This document shows positions 54,570 through 63,920 of a stretch of 64,000 bases of DNA, one piece after another. The notes under the pieces are model-generated. The model did not search any database. It had not been told where the DNA came from and worked only from the letters and a program-made list of their open reading frames with translations. The stretch is from an uncultured Planctomycetia bacterium (GTDB lineage Bacteria; Omnitrophota; Gorgyraeia; Taenaricolales; CAZCCH01), in contig CAZCCH010000002.1 of the NCBI GenBank assembly GCA_964497315.1, positions 17,519-81,518 on the forward strand. The letters are read 5' to 3'. Numbering within the stretch: the stretch's first letter is position 1; every line of letters starts with the position of its first letter. Both the position numbers and the translations under genes were made by a program.

Positions 54570-55640
54570 TTATTTCTTTTTAAAGGCTTCTGTTAATGAA
54601 ACCAGTTCTTCACTATTTGAGGAGCGACGCATAGCCTCATCCCAGGAAATCACATGGTTTAAGTATAATTCTGCCAATGATTGGTTCATCGTGCTCATGC
54701 CGTATTTTTTTCCTGTTTGAATACATGTATAAATCTGAGGGAGGCTATTTTCTCTGATGAGGCTTCTTATGGGAGGGGTTACAGTCATTAACTCATAAGC
54801 AAGAGCCCTTCCTCCATCCTTGACCTTGGGTATTAACTGCTGTGAAGCAACGCCTATTAGAGCCATAGACAGCTGAACCCTGATCTGTTGCTGTTGGTAG
54901 GGTGGGAAAACATCTATAATTCGGTTAATTGTATGAGTGGCATCTATTGTATGCAGGGTAGCTAAAATAAGATGACCTGTCTCAGCTAAAGTTAAAGCTG
55001 TATGAATTGTATCTAAGTCTCTCATTTCTCCAATCATGATTATGTTTGGGTCTTGCCTAAAAACCCTGCGTAAGGCTTCAGCAAAAGAATGCGTATCTGT
55101 GCCTACCTCTCTTTGGTCTATAGTGGCCTTGTTATGCTTGTGTAAATATTCAATTGGATCTTCAATTGTAACTACATGGCAGGGTCTGTGTTCATTTATA
55201 TATTTTATCATAGCTGCTAGTGTCGTGGACTTTCCACTTCCAACAGCACCTGTAACCAAAAATAAACCGCTGTGCTTTAGGCAAAAATCCTCTATTAGAT
55301 TTGGCAGACCTAATTCTTTAAAACTCGGTATATTAAACGGTACAAGCCTTATACTCATAGCTACGCAATTACGCTGCATATATAAATTAATACGGAATCT
55401 ACTTAAACCCGAAATCCCGTATGAAAAATCTAATTCTTTTGCTTTTTCAAACTCTTCTATCTGTTTTTCTGTCAAAATCGAGTATGCCAATTCCCTTGCC
55501 TGTTCTACACCTAAAGGCTTTTTTGTTCCAGAAAATTCCAAAATACCATCTACCCTAAGTTGCGGAGGAATCCCTGTTGTGATGTGTAAATCTGATGCAT
55601 CGCGCTTCACCATCTCTTTTAATAATTCTAACATTTGCAT
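54570..55640 (-). CDS. pilT: Type IV pilus retraction ATPase PilT
   Basis: 356 aa with Walker A GAVGSGKST, the AIRNLIRE-like motif (IRSLIRENS) and a His box. Confidence 0.9.
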   Translation of the reverse strand: MQMLELLKEMVKRDASDLHITTGIPPQLRVDGILEFSGTKKPLGVEQARELAYSILTEKQIEEFEKAKELDFSYGISGLSRFRINLYMQRNCVAMSIRLVPFNIPSFKELGLPNLIEDFCLKHSGLFLVTGAVGSGKSTTLAAMIKYINEHRPCHVVTIEDPIEYLHKHNKATIDQREVGTDTHSFAEALRRVFRQDPNIIMIGEMRDLDTIHTALTLAETGHLILATLHTIDATHTINRIIDVFPPYQQQQIRVQLSMALIGVASQQLIPKVKDGGRALAYELMTVTPPIRSLIRENSLPQIYTCIQTGKKYGMSTMNQSLAELYLNHVISWDEAMRRSSNSEELVSLTEAFKKK

Positions 55641-55763
55641 TTTATCTATATCCTCCTTTTAATAAAAAACACGAATTTCACGGTTTTTATTTTCATAAGA
55701 CATATTTGTTTCTTCTTTGTCTTGGGAGCAAATAAATTTTCCAACAATCCGTGTAATTCGTGC

Positions 55764-56639
55764 CTAATGCGGAAGGGCCAATACTATTCTCTCGCCCCAA
55801 ACTGTGGGCAGAATTGACACTTCAACATTCACTATAGCATCTTGACATGCAGCAAGTTTTATCTTAAATCTGCCATCTTGTAAAACATTTCTGCATGATG
55901 AATCCAGCACTGATAAATATTTTATCCTGCTTGTTACGGAAGTCAATATGGACTTAGAATACGCTCCTATTTGTTCAAGGCCTTGGCCTATACGGAAAAA
56001 AATCTTTAGATGGGCCTCCCCTGGCTGAATGTGGACAGCTTTCGCATTATCCCTGTAAGCCCTCTCTAGGAGCAAATTAATAAATGAAACAGCAAATGCT
56101 AAATTCTTCTCACCCTTTTTACCCCAAGCTGCGTCTAGCTCGGGCTTCGCCGTAGTCTCAATGGAGTCTAAGGAAGATTTTTGCTGAAGTTCTGTTTCGT
56201 AATAGTCAGTAATATATCGTTTAATTTGATTTTTTGAGCATACTATAATTACTATTCGGCACTTTGTAACCTTTGAAAGCGAATCTGCAGCTGTAAAATC
56301 AAGAGGATCGGACATCGCTACATGGAGAGCAGTTTCTTCTTTTCGTATTGGGAACACATTATGCCTTTTGGCCAAACTAGCAGGAACTAAACTTATAGCC
56401 TCTGGTGAAATCCTGTTAAAACCATCTAAATTTAAAAATGGAAAATTAAGATATGAGGCCAAGAATGAGGCAAAATCTTCATCTTTTAAAAAGCCTAGTT
56501 TTACGGTTATTTCACCGAGAGGTTCTTTTTCCGGGACCTTTCTTTGATAGTGCAAGGCCTCTTTTAGCTGCTCTTCTGTAATTAAATCAGCATCTAAAAG
56601 ACTCTGTCCTATAGGTTTTCTAACTACCATAACTATCAC
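55764..56639 (-). CDS. Standalone MshEN / GspE-N-terminal domain protein (putative c-di-GMP receptor)
   Basis: 291 aa. The N-terminus has two MshEN-type motifs: IGQSLLDADLITEEQLKEALHYQ and LGEITVKLGFLKDEDFASFL. There is no ATPase domain. Confidence 0.6.
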   Translation of the reverse strand: MIVMVVRKPIGQSLLDADLITEEQLKEALHYQRKVPEKEPLGEITVKLGFLKDEDFASFLASYLNFPFLNLDGFNRISPEAISLVPASLAKRHNVFPIRKEETALHVAMSDPLDFTAADSLSKVTKCRIVIIVCSKNQIKRYITDYYETELQQKSSLDSIETTAKPELDAAWGKKGEKNLAFAVSFINLLLERAYRDNAKAVHIQPGEAHLKIFFRIGQGLEQIGAYSKSILTSVTSRIKYLSVLDSSCRNVLQDGRFKIKLAACQDAIVNVEVSILPTVWGERIVLALPH

Positions 56640-56664
56640 ACCCTTGTAAGTCTATATATTTAAA

Positions 56665-57096
56665 TTATGGCTGTGTTACTACACCTGTTTCGTCAATCTG
56701 AAACGTCCCACCACCAAAACCAGGGTTGCTGGCTATATCAGGTGTGGCTACTGATGTAAACTGTACTGCAGTTGAGCTTGGTATAGAAAATATATAATAA
56801 TCATTAGTGGCATTTGGGTCTTCATCTAAGTATTCACCTAAGCCATCAGCTGCAAAATTACCACAAAAAGCATCGCTATCTACATGATGCATCTTCTGTG
56901 CGTTGTAAATTAACTCAAGTGTAACCCGTGCCCGCTTTTCCCTGGCGTAGTCTACTGATTTCTCATAAGCAGGCATAGCAATTGTAGCCAATATACCAAT
57001 AATGACTATTACTATCAACAGCTCCATTAGGGTTAAACCTTTGAAATTTCGCAAAGGCTTAAAGCCCGCCCTGAAAACCCCAATGACCATCTTCAT
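56665..57096 (-). CDS. Type IV pilin-like protein (prepilin N-terminus)
   Basis: KGLTLMELLIVIVIIGILATIAMP. The true start may be internal, because the track start overlaps the upstream pilin gene. Confidence 0.7.
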   Translation of the reverse strand: MKMVIGVFRAGFKPLRNFKGLTLMELLIVIVIIGILATIAMPAYEKSVDYAREKRARVTLELIYNAQKMHHVDSDAFCGNFAADGLGEYLDEDPNATNDYYIFSIPSSTAVQFTSVATPDIASNPGFGGGTFQIDETGVVTQP

Positions 57097-57484
57097 CTAA
57101 TGTAACGTTATAGTCTTTTGTATATAGGTCTTTAGCTTCACTACCATCGGCTGCACTTGTATTTTCTGTCTTTCTTACCGCCCTAAGGGCAAAGTAGCCA
57201 TCCCCTGCATTGAATACTGAGTATTCAAAATAATAATCTGTATCATTATTTAGAGGAAAATCTGCTACGAGGTAACCTGTGTCCCCGGTATAGACAGTAC
57301 CCTGGGTTTCAGTAAGATAGAGTTCCTGTGCAACCCTTATCTGGCCAAGTATGGTCCTGGCTTCTGCTTGCTTTGCCTTCTCAACCATTTTACTATATTG
57401 AGGAACTGCAATGGTAGCCAAAATACCTATAATTATAACTACTATAAGAAGCTCTACTAGGGTAAAACCCTTCTTGTTATGCAT
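57059..57484 (-). CDS. pilA: Type IVa pilin (PilA-like)
   Basis: MHNKKGFTLVELLIVVIIIGILATIAVPQY is a class III signal peptide plus a conserved N-terminal helix. Confidence 0.85.
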   Translation of the reverse strand: MHNKKGFTLVELLIVVIIIGILATIAVPQYSKMVEKAKQAEARTILGQIRVAQELYLTETQGTVYTGDTGYLVADFPLNNDTDYYFEYSVFNAGDGYFALRAVRKTENTSAADGSEAKDLYTKDYNVTLDEDGHWGFQGGL

Positions 57485-57534
57485 TAGCCTTCCCTTATCA
57501 TTTTATAATGAATATTTAAAAAACTCGTACTAAA

Positions 57535-57942
57535 TCAATAAGGTCCTTCAAACTTCCAATCACCATCGTGCTCTAATACGACATTGTATGCGTTTCCATC
57601 ATATTTGATCTTGCTGGGACCCACAACCTTTCTCGTGGCAACTGCATTCCAAACCGTACCATTGGCACCTGCTAAAGTATATATAAAATAAAAATCATTC
57701 TCACCAGCACCAGGTGCATGCACAGCTAAATTACCCACGTCTATTGCGTAGTTACTGTTTGCGTGTTCCATTTTATACAACTCTTGTGCAGTTCTAATTG
57801 AACCGAGTATACGCCTGGCCTCTGCCTGCTTTGCCTTTTCCATCATCCTTGCATACTGCGGAACTGCAAGGGTTGCTAAAATACCTATGATTATAACTAC
57901 TATAAGAAGTTCCACTAGGGTAAAACCTTTCTTGTTTAACAT
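57535..57942 (-). CDS. pilA: Type IVa pilin (PilA-like), paralogue of the 57059-57484 gene
   Basis: MLNKKGFTLVELLIVVIIIGILATLAVPQY. The 5' roughly 70 nt are about 90% identical to 57059-57484 at the DNA level. The C-termini are divergent. Confidence 0.85.
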   Translation of the reverse strand: MLNKKGFTLVELLIVVIIIGILATLAVPQYARMMEKAKQAEARRILGSIRTAQELYKMEHANSNYAIDVGNLAVHAPGAGENDFYFIYTLAGANGTVWNAVATRKVVGPSKIKYDGNAYNVVLEHDGDWKFEGPY

Positions 57943-58080
57943 TTCCTTCCTCCTCCTTTGTTTTTATATCTCCTTACTTATTCTAAGTTCTTATTAATAT
58001 AACACTTATCATATACTATAATAACATTATTCTTTTCTAGGCCTTCACCTCCTCTCATTATTATACACTGTGACAGTTTT

Positions 58081-58110
58081 ATTTTACCAAAATCACCCTG
58101 TAATTGTCAA
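58081..58110 (-). promoter_or_regulatory. Sigma70-like promoter upstream of the pilin genes
   Basis: The minus strand reads TTGACA (58110-58105), an 18-nt spacer, then TAAAAT (58086-58081). An AGGAGG RBS precedes the pilin ATG at 57942. Confidence 0.45.
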
Positions 58111-58138
58111 GCGAAGAATTTTCTCCTAAGTGCAACAA

Positions 58139-59353
58139 TTACATGGTTGTTGTAGCAATTTTGAATATTGGTAAATACATAGCTGCTACTAAGATGCCTA
58201 CTGTTCCACCCATAACTATCAAAAGCATTGGCTCAAATGAAGCAGTAAGCCTGTCAACAAATGTACCCATTTGGTCTTGGTAATACTTAGCGACTCTATC
58301 CAACATATCGCTCAGCTTACCTGTTTCTTCCCCCACGCTAATCATCTGTGTAACCACCGTTGGAAAAACACCACTTGCCTCAAGTGGTTCAGATATTGTC
58401 TTACCATCTTTAACTTGTTGCTTTACATCTTCTAATACGTTTTCTACGACCTTGTTTCCTACTACCTTGGCTACTATATCTAAAGCAAACAATATAGGGA
58501 TGCCACTTTTTACCAATGTGGCAAGACCGTGTGAAAAACGCTCTATTACTATTGCCTGCATCAATGAACCAAACACAGGAATATGTAGTTTAAGCCTATC
58601 AAACTGTAACCTGCCTGCCTTGGTTGCTATAAGCTTACGGAATAAAAACCCCGAAGCTATAACCCCACCTAAACCTAAGAGAAAATACTTCCTCATTAAA
58701 ATGCTAAATGTTAAAACTCCTTGAGTGAGTGCAGGCATTTGAATATCAAAACCCTCATATATTTCTCCAAACATAGGAATTATCTTTAAGGTAAAAATTA
58801 AGATAGCCCCAACGCAGACAACCAGCAATATAATAGGATAAACAAGTGCTGACTTAATCCTTTTTTGAATCATGCCACTTGTCTCAAGATAGCTTGTTAA
58901 CTGCTCAAAAACAGGTGCCAATTGTCCGCTGGTTTCACCGGTTTGGACAAGATTTACCCAGAGCGAGCTAAATACCTTTGGGTGCTTGGCAATTGCCTCA
59001 TGCAGAGAAAGGCCTCCTTCTATATCTTTGCGCATTTGCTCTGTAGCAAGATATAGCGGTTTTGAACTTACCTGGCCTGTCATTATGTTTAAACTCTTAA
59101 GAAGTGTCACACCGGCATTTAAAAGAGTGGCCATTTGGCGACTAAAGGCCGCAAGCTCATCTGTCGTCAACTTCGACTTTAACTTCCTTTTTACCGTCGT
59201 AGCCTTTTGTTTTTTAGTCTCTGGATTTATTGTTACTACCACAAGACCCTTCTTTTGTAAAATAGACAAAGCTGTATCTAGGTCTACTTCTTCGACTGTT
59301 CCTTTTACAACCTTTCCATCTTTGTCTTTGGCGTTATAAGCAAATTTGGCCAT
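58139..59353 (-). CDS. pilC: Type IV pilus platform protein PilC
   Basis: 404 aa. It is a paralogue of the gspF gene at 38753 and has two GspF repeats. Confidence 0.85.
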   Translation of the reverse strand: MAKFAYNAKDKDGKVVKGTVEEVDLDTALSILQKKGLVVVTINPETKKQKATTVKRKLKSKLTTDELAAFSRQMATLLNAGVTLLKSLNIMTGQVSSKPLYLATEQMRKDIEGGLSLHEAIAKHPKVFSSLWVNLVQTGETSGQLAPVFEQLTSYLETSGMIQKRIKSALVYPIILLVVCVGAILIFTLKIIPMFGEIYEGFDIQMPALTQGVLTFSILMRKYFLLGLGGVIASGFLFRKLIATKAGRLQFDRLKLHIPVFGSLMQAIVIERFSHGLATLVKSGIPILFALDIVAKVVGNKVVENVLEDVKQQVKDGKTISEPLEASGVFPTVVTQMISVGEETGKLSDMLDRVAKYYQDQMGTFVDRLTASFEPMLLIVMGGTVGILVAAMYLPIFKIATTTM

Positions 59354-59368
59354 TTTCTTCTCTCCTTT

Positions 59369-61069
59369 TTATCCTTCGTATGCCGCTGATAGCACTTCCT
59401 CTAATGAAGTAACGCCTTCTTCTACCTTCTTGATGCCTGATTGAAAAAGACTCTCCATGCCCTCTTCGCAAGCTACCTTTTTTATACTACTGGCAGGTTC
59501 CCCCTTATAAATAAGATCTCGTATTTTCTCATTTATTGTCAAAATCTCATATATACCCATTCTACCCTTATAGCCTGTCTGCCTACAAGTTTCACACCCT
59601 TTGGCTTTAAAAATCGTTTTTGCCTTTAAGTTGTAATTCTTCACTTCTTCTTCGCTGGGCTGATATTCTACCTTGCACTCAGCACAAAGCTTCCTAATTA
59701 ACCGCTGTGCAACTACCATGAGTATAGAAGAACCTAATAAAAACGGCTCAATACCAAAATCCACTAGTCTTGTTACGGCACTGGGTGCATCATTAGTGTG
59801 CAGGGTAGACAAAACAAGATGTCCTGTTAATGCCGCCCTTACGCATATCTCAGCGGTTTCTAAGTCTCTGACCTCTCCTACTAATATAATATCCGGGTCC
59901 TGTCGCAAGGATGTGCGAAGGCCGCTGGCAAATGTCAACCCTATCTGGGGTTTAACCTGTACTTGATTTATACCTTCGAGTTTGTATTCTACCGGGTCTT
60001 CAATTGTGATGATGTTTTTGTCTGGTTTTGCAATTTCTAAGAGTGTGGCATAAAGTGTGGTGCTTTTTCCACTCCCCGTGGGACCAGTTATAAAAATAAG
60101 TCCATATGGCTTAACTGCAGCAGACCTATAGCGCGTTAAATTTTCTTTAGCAAAGCCCATATCTTCAAGCGTTAACATTATAGAACTTTTATCTAAAATT
60201 CTTATAACTACCTTCTCCCCTGTTATGGTTGGCATAGTAGAAACCCTAAAATCTATTGATTTATTATGCATCTTTACAGTAAAGGAACCATCCTGTGGAA
60301 GACGTTTTTCAGCTATATCTAATTTTGATAAAATCTTAATTCTTGATATTAAAGGATGTACCATTTGTTCTGCGGGAGGGGGAATTTCACATAGTTTTCC
60401 ATCTATCCTGTATCTTAGCTTCATCTTTCGTTCAAAAGGCTCTATATGTATATCACTCGCCCCTGACTTTATTGCCTCCATAAGAATCAAATCAACAAGT
60501 TTTTTAATAGGTGCTGTTTCTGCTTTGGCCATTATTTCATCTAACTTGGCCGTTTCTTCAGTTTTTTCCCCTTCACCTGCAGCTAAGTCATAGGATTTAT
60601 CAACCGCTTCTTTTAGTAAATCTTCCTCACCATAAAAAGTATCTATGGCCTTTCTAATGTCTGCCTTTATGGCTATTACAGGATTTATCTTGCATTTGGT
60701 GAGGTTTTTTATATTATCTATTAATACAATATCATATGGATCTGCTAAAACAAGAGTCAATGTATTACCTTCTCTGGATAATGGTAAAACTAAATTGGCT
60801 CTGGCCACTTCTGCAGGTACAAGTCTCTCAAGGCCTTGCTCCGTTTTAGGAGTCATTAGTCCTTTTTCTAAGGACATATATGGTATTTCAAGCTGCATGG
60901 CTAAGGTTTCAACAATATCCTTCTCAGTCAAAATACCCATTTCTACTAATAAATCACCTAAGGGCTTTTTTTCTCTTTTTTGCCTTGCTAGGGCTTTATC
61001 TAATTGTTCCTGGGTAACTAAATTTGACTTTAGCAATAACTCACCCAGACGCATACCAGATCTTTTCAT
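59369..61069 (-). CDS. pilB: Type IV pilus assembly ATPase PilB with an N-terminal MshEN domain
   Basis: 566 aa with Walker A GPTGSGKST and a tetracysteine motif (CAEC...CETC). The N-terminus RLGELLLKSNLVTQEQLDKALARQ matches the MshEN motif. Confidence 0.9.
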   Translation of the reverse strand: MKRSGMRLGELLLKSNLVTQEQLDKALARQKREKKPLGDLLVEMGILTEKDIVETLAMQLEIPYMSLEKGLMTPKTEQGLERLVPAEVARANLVLPLSREGNTLTLVLADPYDIVLIDNIKNLTKCKINPVIAIKADIRKAIDTFYGEEDLLKEAVDKSYDLAAGEGEKTEETAKLDEIMAKAETAPIKKLVDLILMEAIKSGASDIHIEPFERKMKLRYRIDGKLCEIPPPAEQMVHPLISRIKILSKLDIAEKRLPQDGSFTVKMHNKSIDFRVSTMPTITGEKVVIRILDKSSIMLTLEDMGFAKENLTRYRSAAVKPYGLIFITGPTGSGKSTTLYATLLEIAKPDKNIITIEDPVEYKLEGINQVQVKPQIGLTFASGLRTSLRQDPDIILVGEVRDLETAEICVRAALTGHLVLSTLHTNDAPSAVTRLVDFGIEPFLLGSSILMVVAQRLIRKLCAECKVEYQPSEEEVKNYNLKAKTIFKAKGCETCRQTGYKGRMGIYEILTINEKIRDLIYKGEPASSIKKVACEEGMESLFQSGIKKVEEGVTSLEEVLSAAYEG

Positions 61070-61081
61070 AGTTTTTTCCTT

Positions 61082-62680
61082 TTAATGCATATCGGCTTTT
61101 ACATTAAGAAGCTCTGTCTTAATCGCCAACTCATGAGGCGAAATAGGAAGCTCTTGCTCTCTTGCAAACATGTTTAATTCCCCCTTGGCTGTTTTTCCTA
61201 AAGAAGGTAATAAATCTAAGGTGGCCTTTTTTACCTTACCGAGATCTAAGCCAAACTCAGGTCCAAAATCTCTAACTACTTCACTTTCATCTTCTACTAT
61301 ATATGTAGTAATAAAGATTACTATTTCTGAATCATCTTTATCTTTTGATTCACTTTGAAAAATTTTTCCTAAAACCGGTATATCACCCAAAATCGGTACT
61401 TTTCTTTTTGTGATGCTATCCGAAGTAGCAATAAGACCTGCGATGACTATTGTCTCTCCATTTTTCACCATAACAGTAGTCTTTGCATAGCGCTTCTGTG
61501 GATCATAGAATCCGCTAATAGCAGCTGCCTTAACCCTTGAAACTTCAGGCTCTATTGTCATGGTTATATACCCATCTTTATTTATATGGGGGGTTACTTT
61601 AAGAGTTGTACCGACCTCATATCTCTCTGCCGCTTCTGTAGCCTGCGTCATGCCCTCTCCTGCAATTTGAATAGTAGAAGTAGCCACAGCCGCATCCTGG
61701 GTAATCCTCATCTCTGCAGTCCTGTTATCAAGCGTTAGGAGTCTGGGTCTTGCCAGGTATTCTGTGTTTGCATCTGTTAGTATAGCGCGAAAAACACCTG
61801 TAAATGAAGCCAGAGACAAAGTCGCCATTGTAACAGTAGGACTAGCACCTTTTAAAAGACTTTCTTTAAAAGGAAAATGTGTCGAACGCGCTGGCCCAGT
61901 ATATGTACCCATCTGACCTGTACCTGAACCCCAGTCTATCCCAAGATTGTTTAAAGTATCAACGGATACCTCTAGAATTTCCGCAGCTATTAATACCTGC
62001 GGGGTCTTAATGTCTAGCTTGCTAATCATTTCTTCTATCATTGGAAAGCGACTCGGGACATCGGTTATGATAAGGCTATTTGTGCGTGAATCAACAACTA
62101 TCTTGCCATTCTCTGTTAAAAGTTCTTCCAAGACAGCATCTATTGCCTTTTCCTTTCCTCCCATACCTTCTGTCTTCGCCCCTGAAACCGTAGCATAAGC
62201 CATTTTATATATTCGGGTTTCAGTCTCTACTGCGGGTTCACTCGTTGCCTTTAGATAAAAGATATTGCTTCCTTCGGGCTGTTCGTAGGTAAGTTTATTT
62301 GCCCTCAAAATTGCATTCAATGTATCACCAACGCTAACGCTATCTAGGTATAAAGTAACTGTCCGATTCTCTATCTCTTCTGAAGCTACGAAGTTTAGCC
62401 CTGACTCTTGTGAAAATATCTTCAGCAATTGCTTAAGAGGAATATCTTGCAGGTCCATAGATATCCGCGGTTCGGTTTCCTTGGCACTAGAGACCTCTGT
62501 TTCTAACTGTCCTTTTGGGGATAGTGTTACTTCCGGTGGGATTTTTTCACTCTGAGGTAAACATAACGCAGATATACAAAAAACCTGCGTGAACACAACT
62601 GCCATAATACAACTTATTAACCTATAACTCAAATGCCCCCCACGACCCATTTTCCCAAGAAATAATTCTTTCTTTTTCAT
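61082..62680 (-). CDS. pilQ: Type IV pilus secretin PilQ
   Basis: 532 aa with a signal or anchor sequence and the secretin C-domain GETIVIAGLI...VPILGDIPVLGKIFQ...IVIFITTYIV. Confidence 0.85.
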   Translation of the reverse strand: MKKKELFLGKMGRGGHLSYRLISCIMAVVFTQVFCISALCLPQSEKIPPEVTLSPKGQLETEVSSAKETEPRISMDLQDIPLKQLLKIFSQESGLNFVASEEIENRTVTLYLDSVSVGDTLNAILRANKLTYEQPEGSNIFYLKATSEPAVETETRIYKMAYATVSGAKTEGMGGKEKAIDAVLEELLTENGKIVVDSRTNSLIITDVPSRFPMIEEMISKLDIKTPQVLIAAEILEVSVDTLNNLGIDWGSGTGQMGTYTGPARSTHFPFKESLLKGASPTVTMATLSLASFTGVFRAILTDANTEYLARPRLLTLDNRTAEMRITQDAAVATSTIQIAGEGMTQATEAAERYEVGTTLKVTPHINKDGYITMTIEPEVSRVKAAAISGFYDPQKRYAKTTVMVKNGETIVIAGLIATSDSITKRKVPILGDIPVLGKIFQSESKDKDDSEIVIFITTYIVEDESEVVRDFGPEFGLDLGKVKKATLDLLPSLGKTAKGELNMFAREQELPISPHELAIKTELLNVKADMH

Positions 62681-62743
62681 TTTGCATCATCCTTTCTTTA
62701 GGTTTTTTCTTGGTGGCCAGGTCGGGAGCTGACCAGTTCAAAC

Positions 62744-63268
62744 CTATTCTTTAACTTCGATTAAAAACTTTTTTCCTTTATATAAAAACCATGCTCCTCC
62801 TTTGACTATTTCTAAAACTTCAGCATCGTGTGTCTTTTCACCTATGTGATAGATATTATTATCGATAATGATAGCAGGGCTCTTGCCACCCCAAACTATA
62901 CTCTTAATTGCTATTGGTGGTGGGGTCACCACTACTTCTTCTTTAATAATTGGTTCAGGCTCAGGGATAACTTCAGTTTCTCTTGCATAAAACTTGGCCT
63001 TCAACGCAGATGGTATATCGAAGGCATTTTTACCTTCTTGTTGTGCATAATTATATCTAGGGTATTTGATATCTTTCCGTTTTGGCAGTTGTGCAGTAAG
63101 GGCCTTTGGTAATGTTCTTACTGCCGCAGAACCCTTTGTGGGACGTCTCATTTTTTTCCCTTTAAAAAGAATATTTTTTACAAAAGATAAGGCAAAAAGA
63201 GTTGCTAGAGCAATTACTGCGATTTGCTGTATTTTCTTTTTATCTAATTTCTTTGGCATCTCTACCAT
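62744..63268 (-). CDS. PilP-like pilus assembly lipoprotein or membrane protein
   Basis: 174 aa with an N-terminal TM segment, a Pro-rich linker and a C-terminal beta domain similar to the 31800-32495 product C-terminus. It lies immediately upstream of pilQ. Confidence 0.45.
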   Translation of the reverse strand: MVEMPKKLDKKKIQQIAVIALATLFALSFVKNILFKGKKMRRPTKGSAAVRTLPKALTAQLPKRKDIKYPRYNYAQQEGKNAFDIPSALKAKFYARETEVIPEPEPIIKEEVVVTPPPIAIKSIVWGGKSPAIIIDNNIYHIGEKTHDAEVLEIVKGGAWFLYKGKKFLIEVKE

Positions 63269-63284
63269 AGTTTAAAACCTGTCT

Positions 63285-63920
63285 TTAAGCAACAAAAAAT
63301 CCTTTAAATACAATAACTGCTTCAACCCAAACCTGTCGCCTCCATTTGCTAAGCTCTTCATGCGACATTTCCTGCTTAGTGCGAAACTTCTTATTGCCAC
63401 TTTGCAATTCTTCCATAAGAGATGAATTTATATTCAAACGCTCAACCTCTATAAACTCTCTCTGACTTTCTAGTAAGCTTAAAAACTTACCTAAATCATG
63501 ATAGGCGGACTTGCAGCTTATTTTACATCTAAGATATGTGTATTCACCGGATACAACCGGACTATACGACTCTATTGATTCTATTTTAACGCCCGTCTTC
63601 GCTGCTTGTTGGGTTACCGCAGAGACAAGCCAATCAGTTTTGGCAAAAGGAGCGCTACGTGAACGGTAAGTCTGAATTTCTCTGCGAAAATTTCCTATAC
63701 TATCTACGAGATGATTTATCTGTTGTTGTTTTTTGATTTCAATCTGCAAAGAACTTATTTTTGCCTTTCCTGGTTTATAGATAAGGTTAAAGGCTATAAT
63801 GAATGTCAATAGCGCAATAATACCAATGATCAGAAACTTCTTGCCCTTAATCTGCGTTAGCTTTGCAATATTTATATTTATATCACCGAGTTTTATATTG
63901 TCTATCATTCTATCACGCAA
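63285..63920 (-). CDS. PilO-like pilus assembly protein
   Basis: 211 aa with a TM segment (FLIIGIIALLTFIIAF) and a coiled-coil. It sits in the PilO slot of a pilMNOPQ-type arrangement. Confidence 0.5.
   Translation of the reverse strand: MRDRMIDNIKLGDININIAKLTQIKGKKFLIIGIIALLTFIIAFNLIYKPGKAKISSLQIEIKKQQQINHLVDSIGNFRREIQTYRSRSAPFAKTDWLVSAVTQQAAKTGVKIESIESYSPVVSGEYTYLRCKISCKSAYHDLGKFLSLLESQREFIEVERLNINSSLMEELQSGNKKFRTKQEMSHEELSKWRRQVWVEAVIVFKGFFVA

Noticed and set aside
54466-54720. An 84-aa plus-strand ORF spanning the pilT-proximal intergenic region.
   Set aside because: It overlaps the minus-strand tRNA-Ala(CGC) gene and the 3' end of pilT, so it is a spurious frame.
55641-55763. CACGAATTTCACGG, briefly considered as a terminator or hairpin upstream of pilT.
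   Set aside because: The halves are direct repeats (CACG...CACG), not inverted, so no stem can form.
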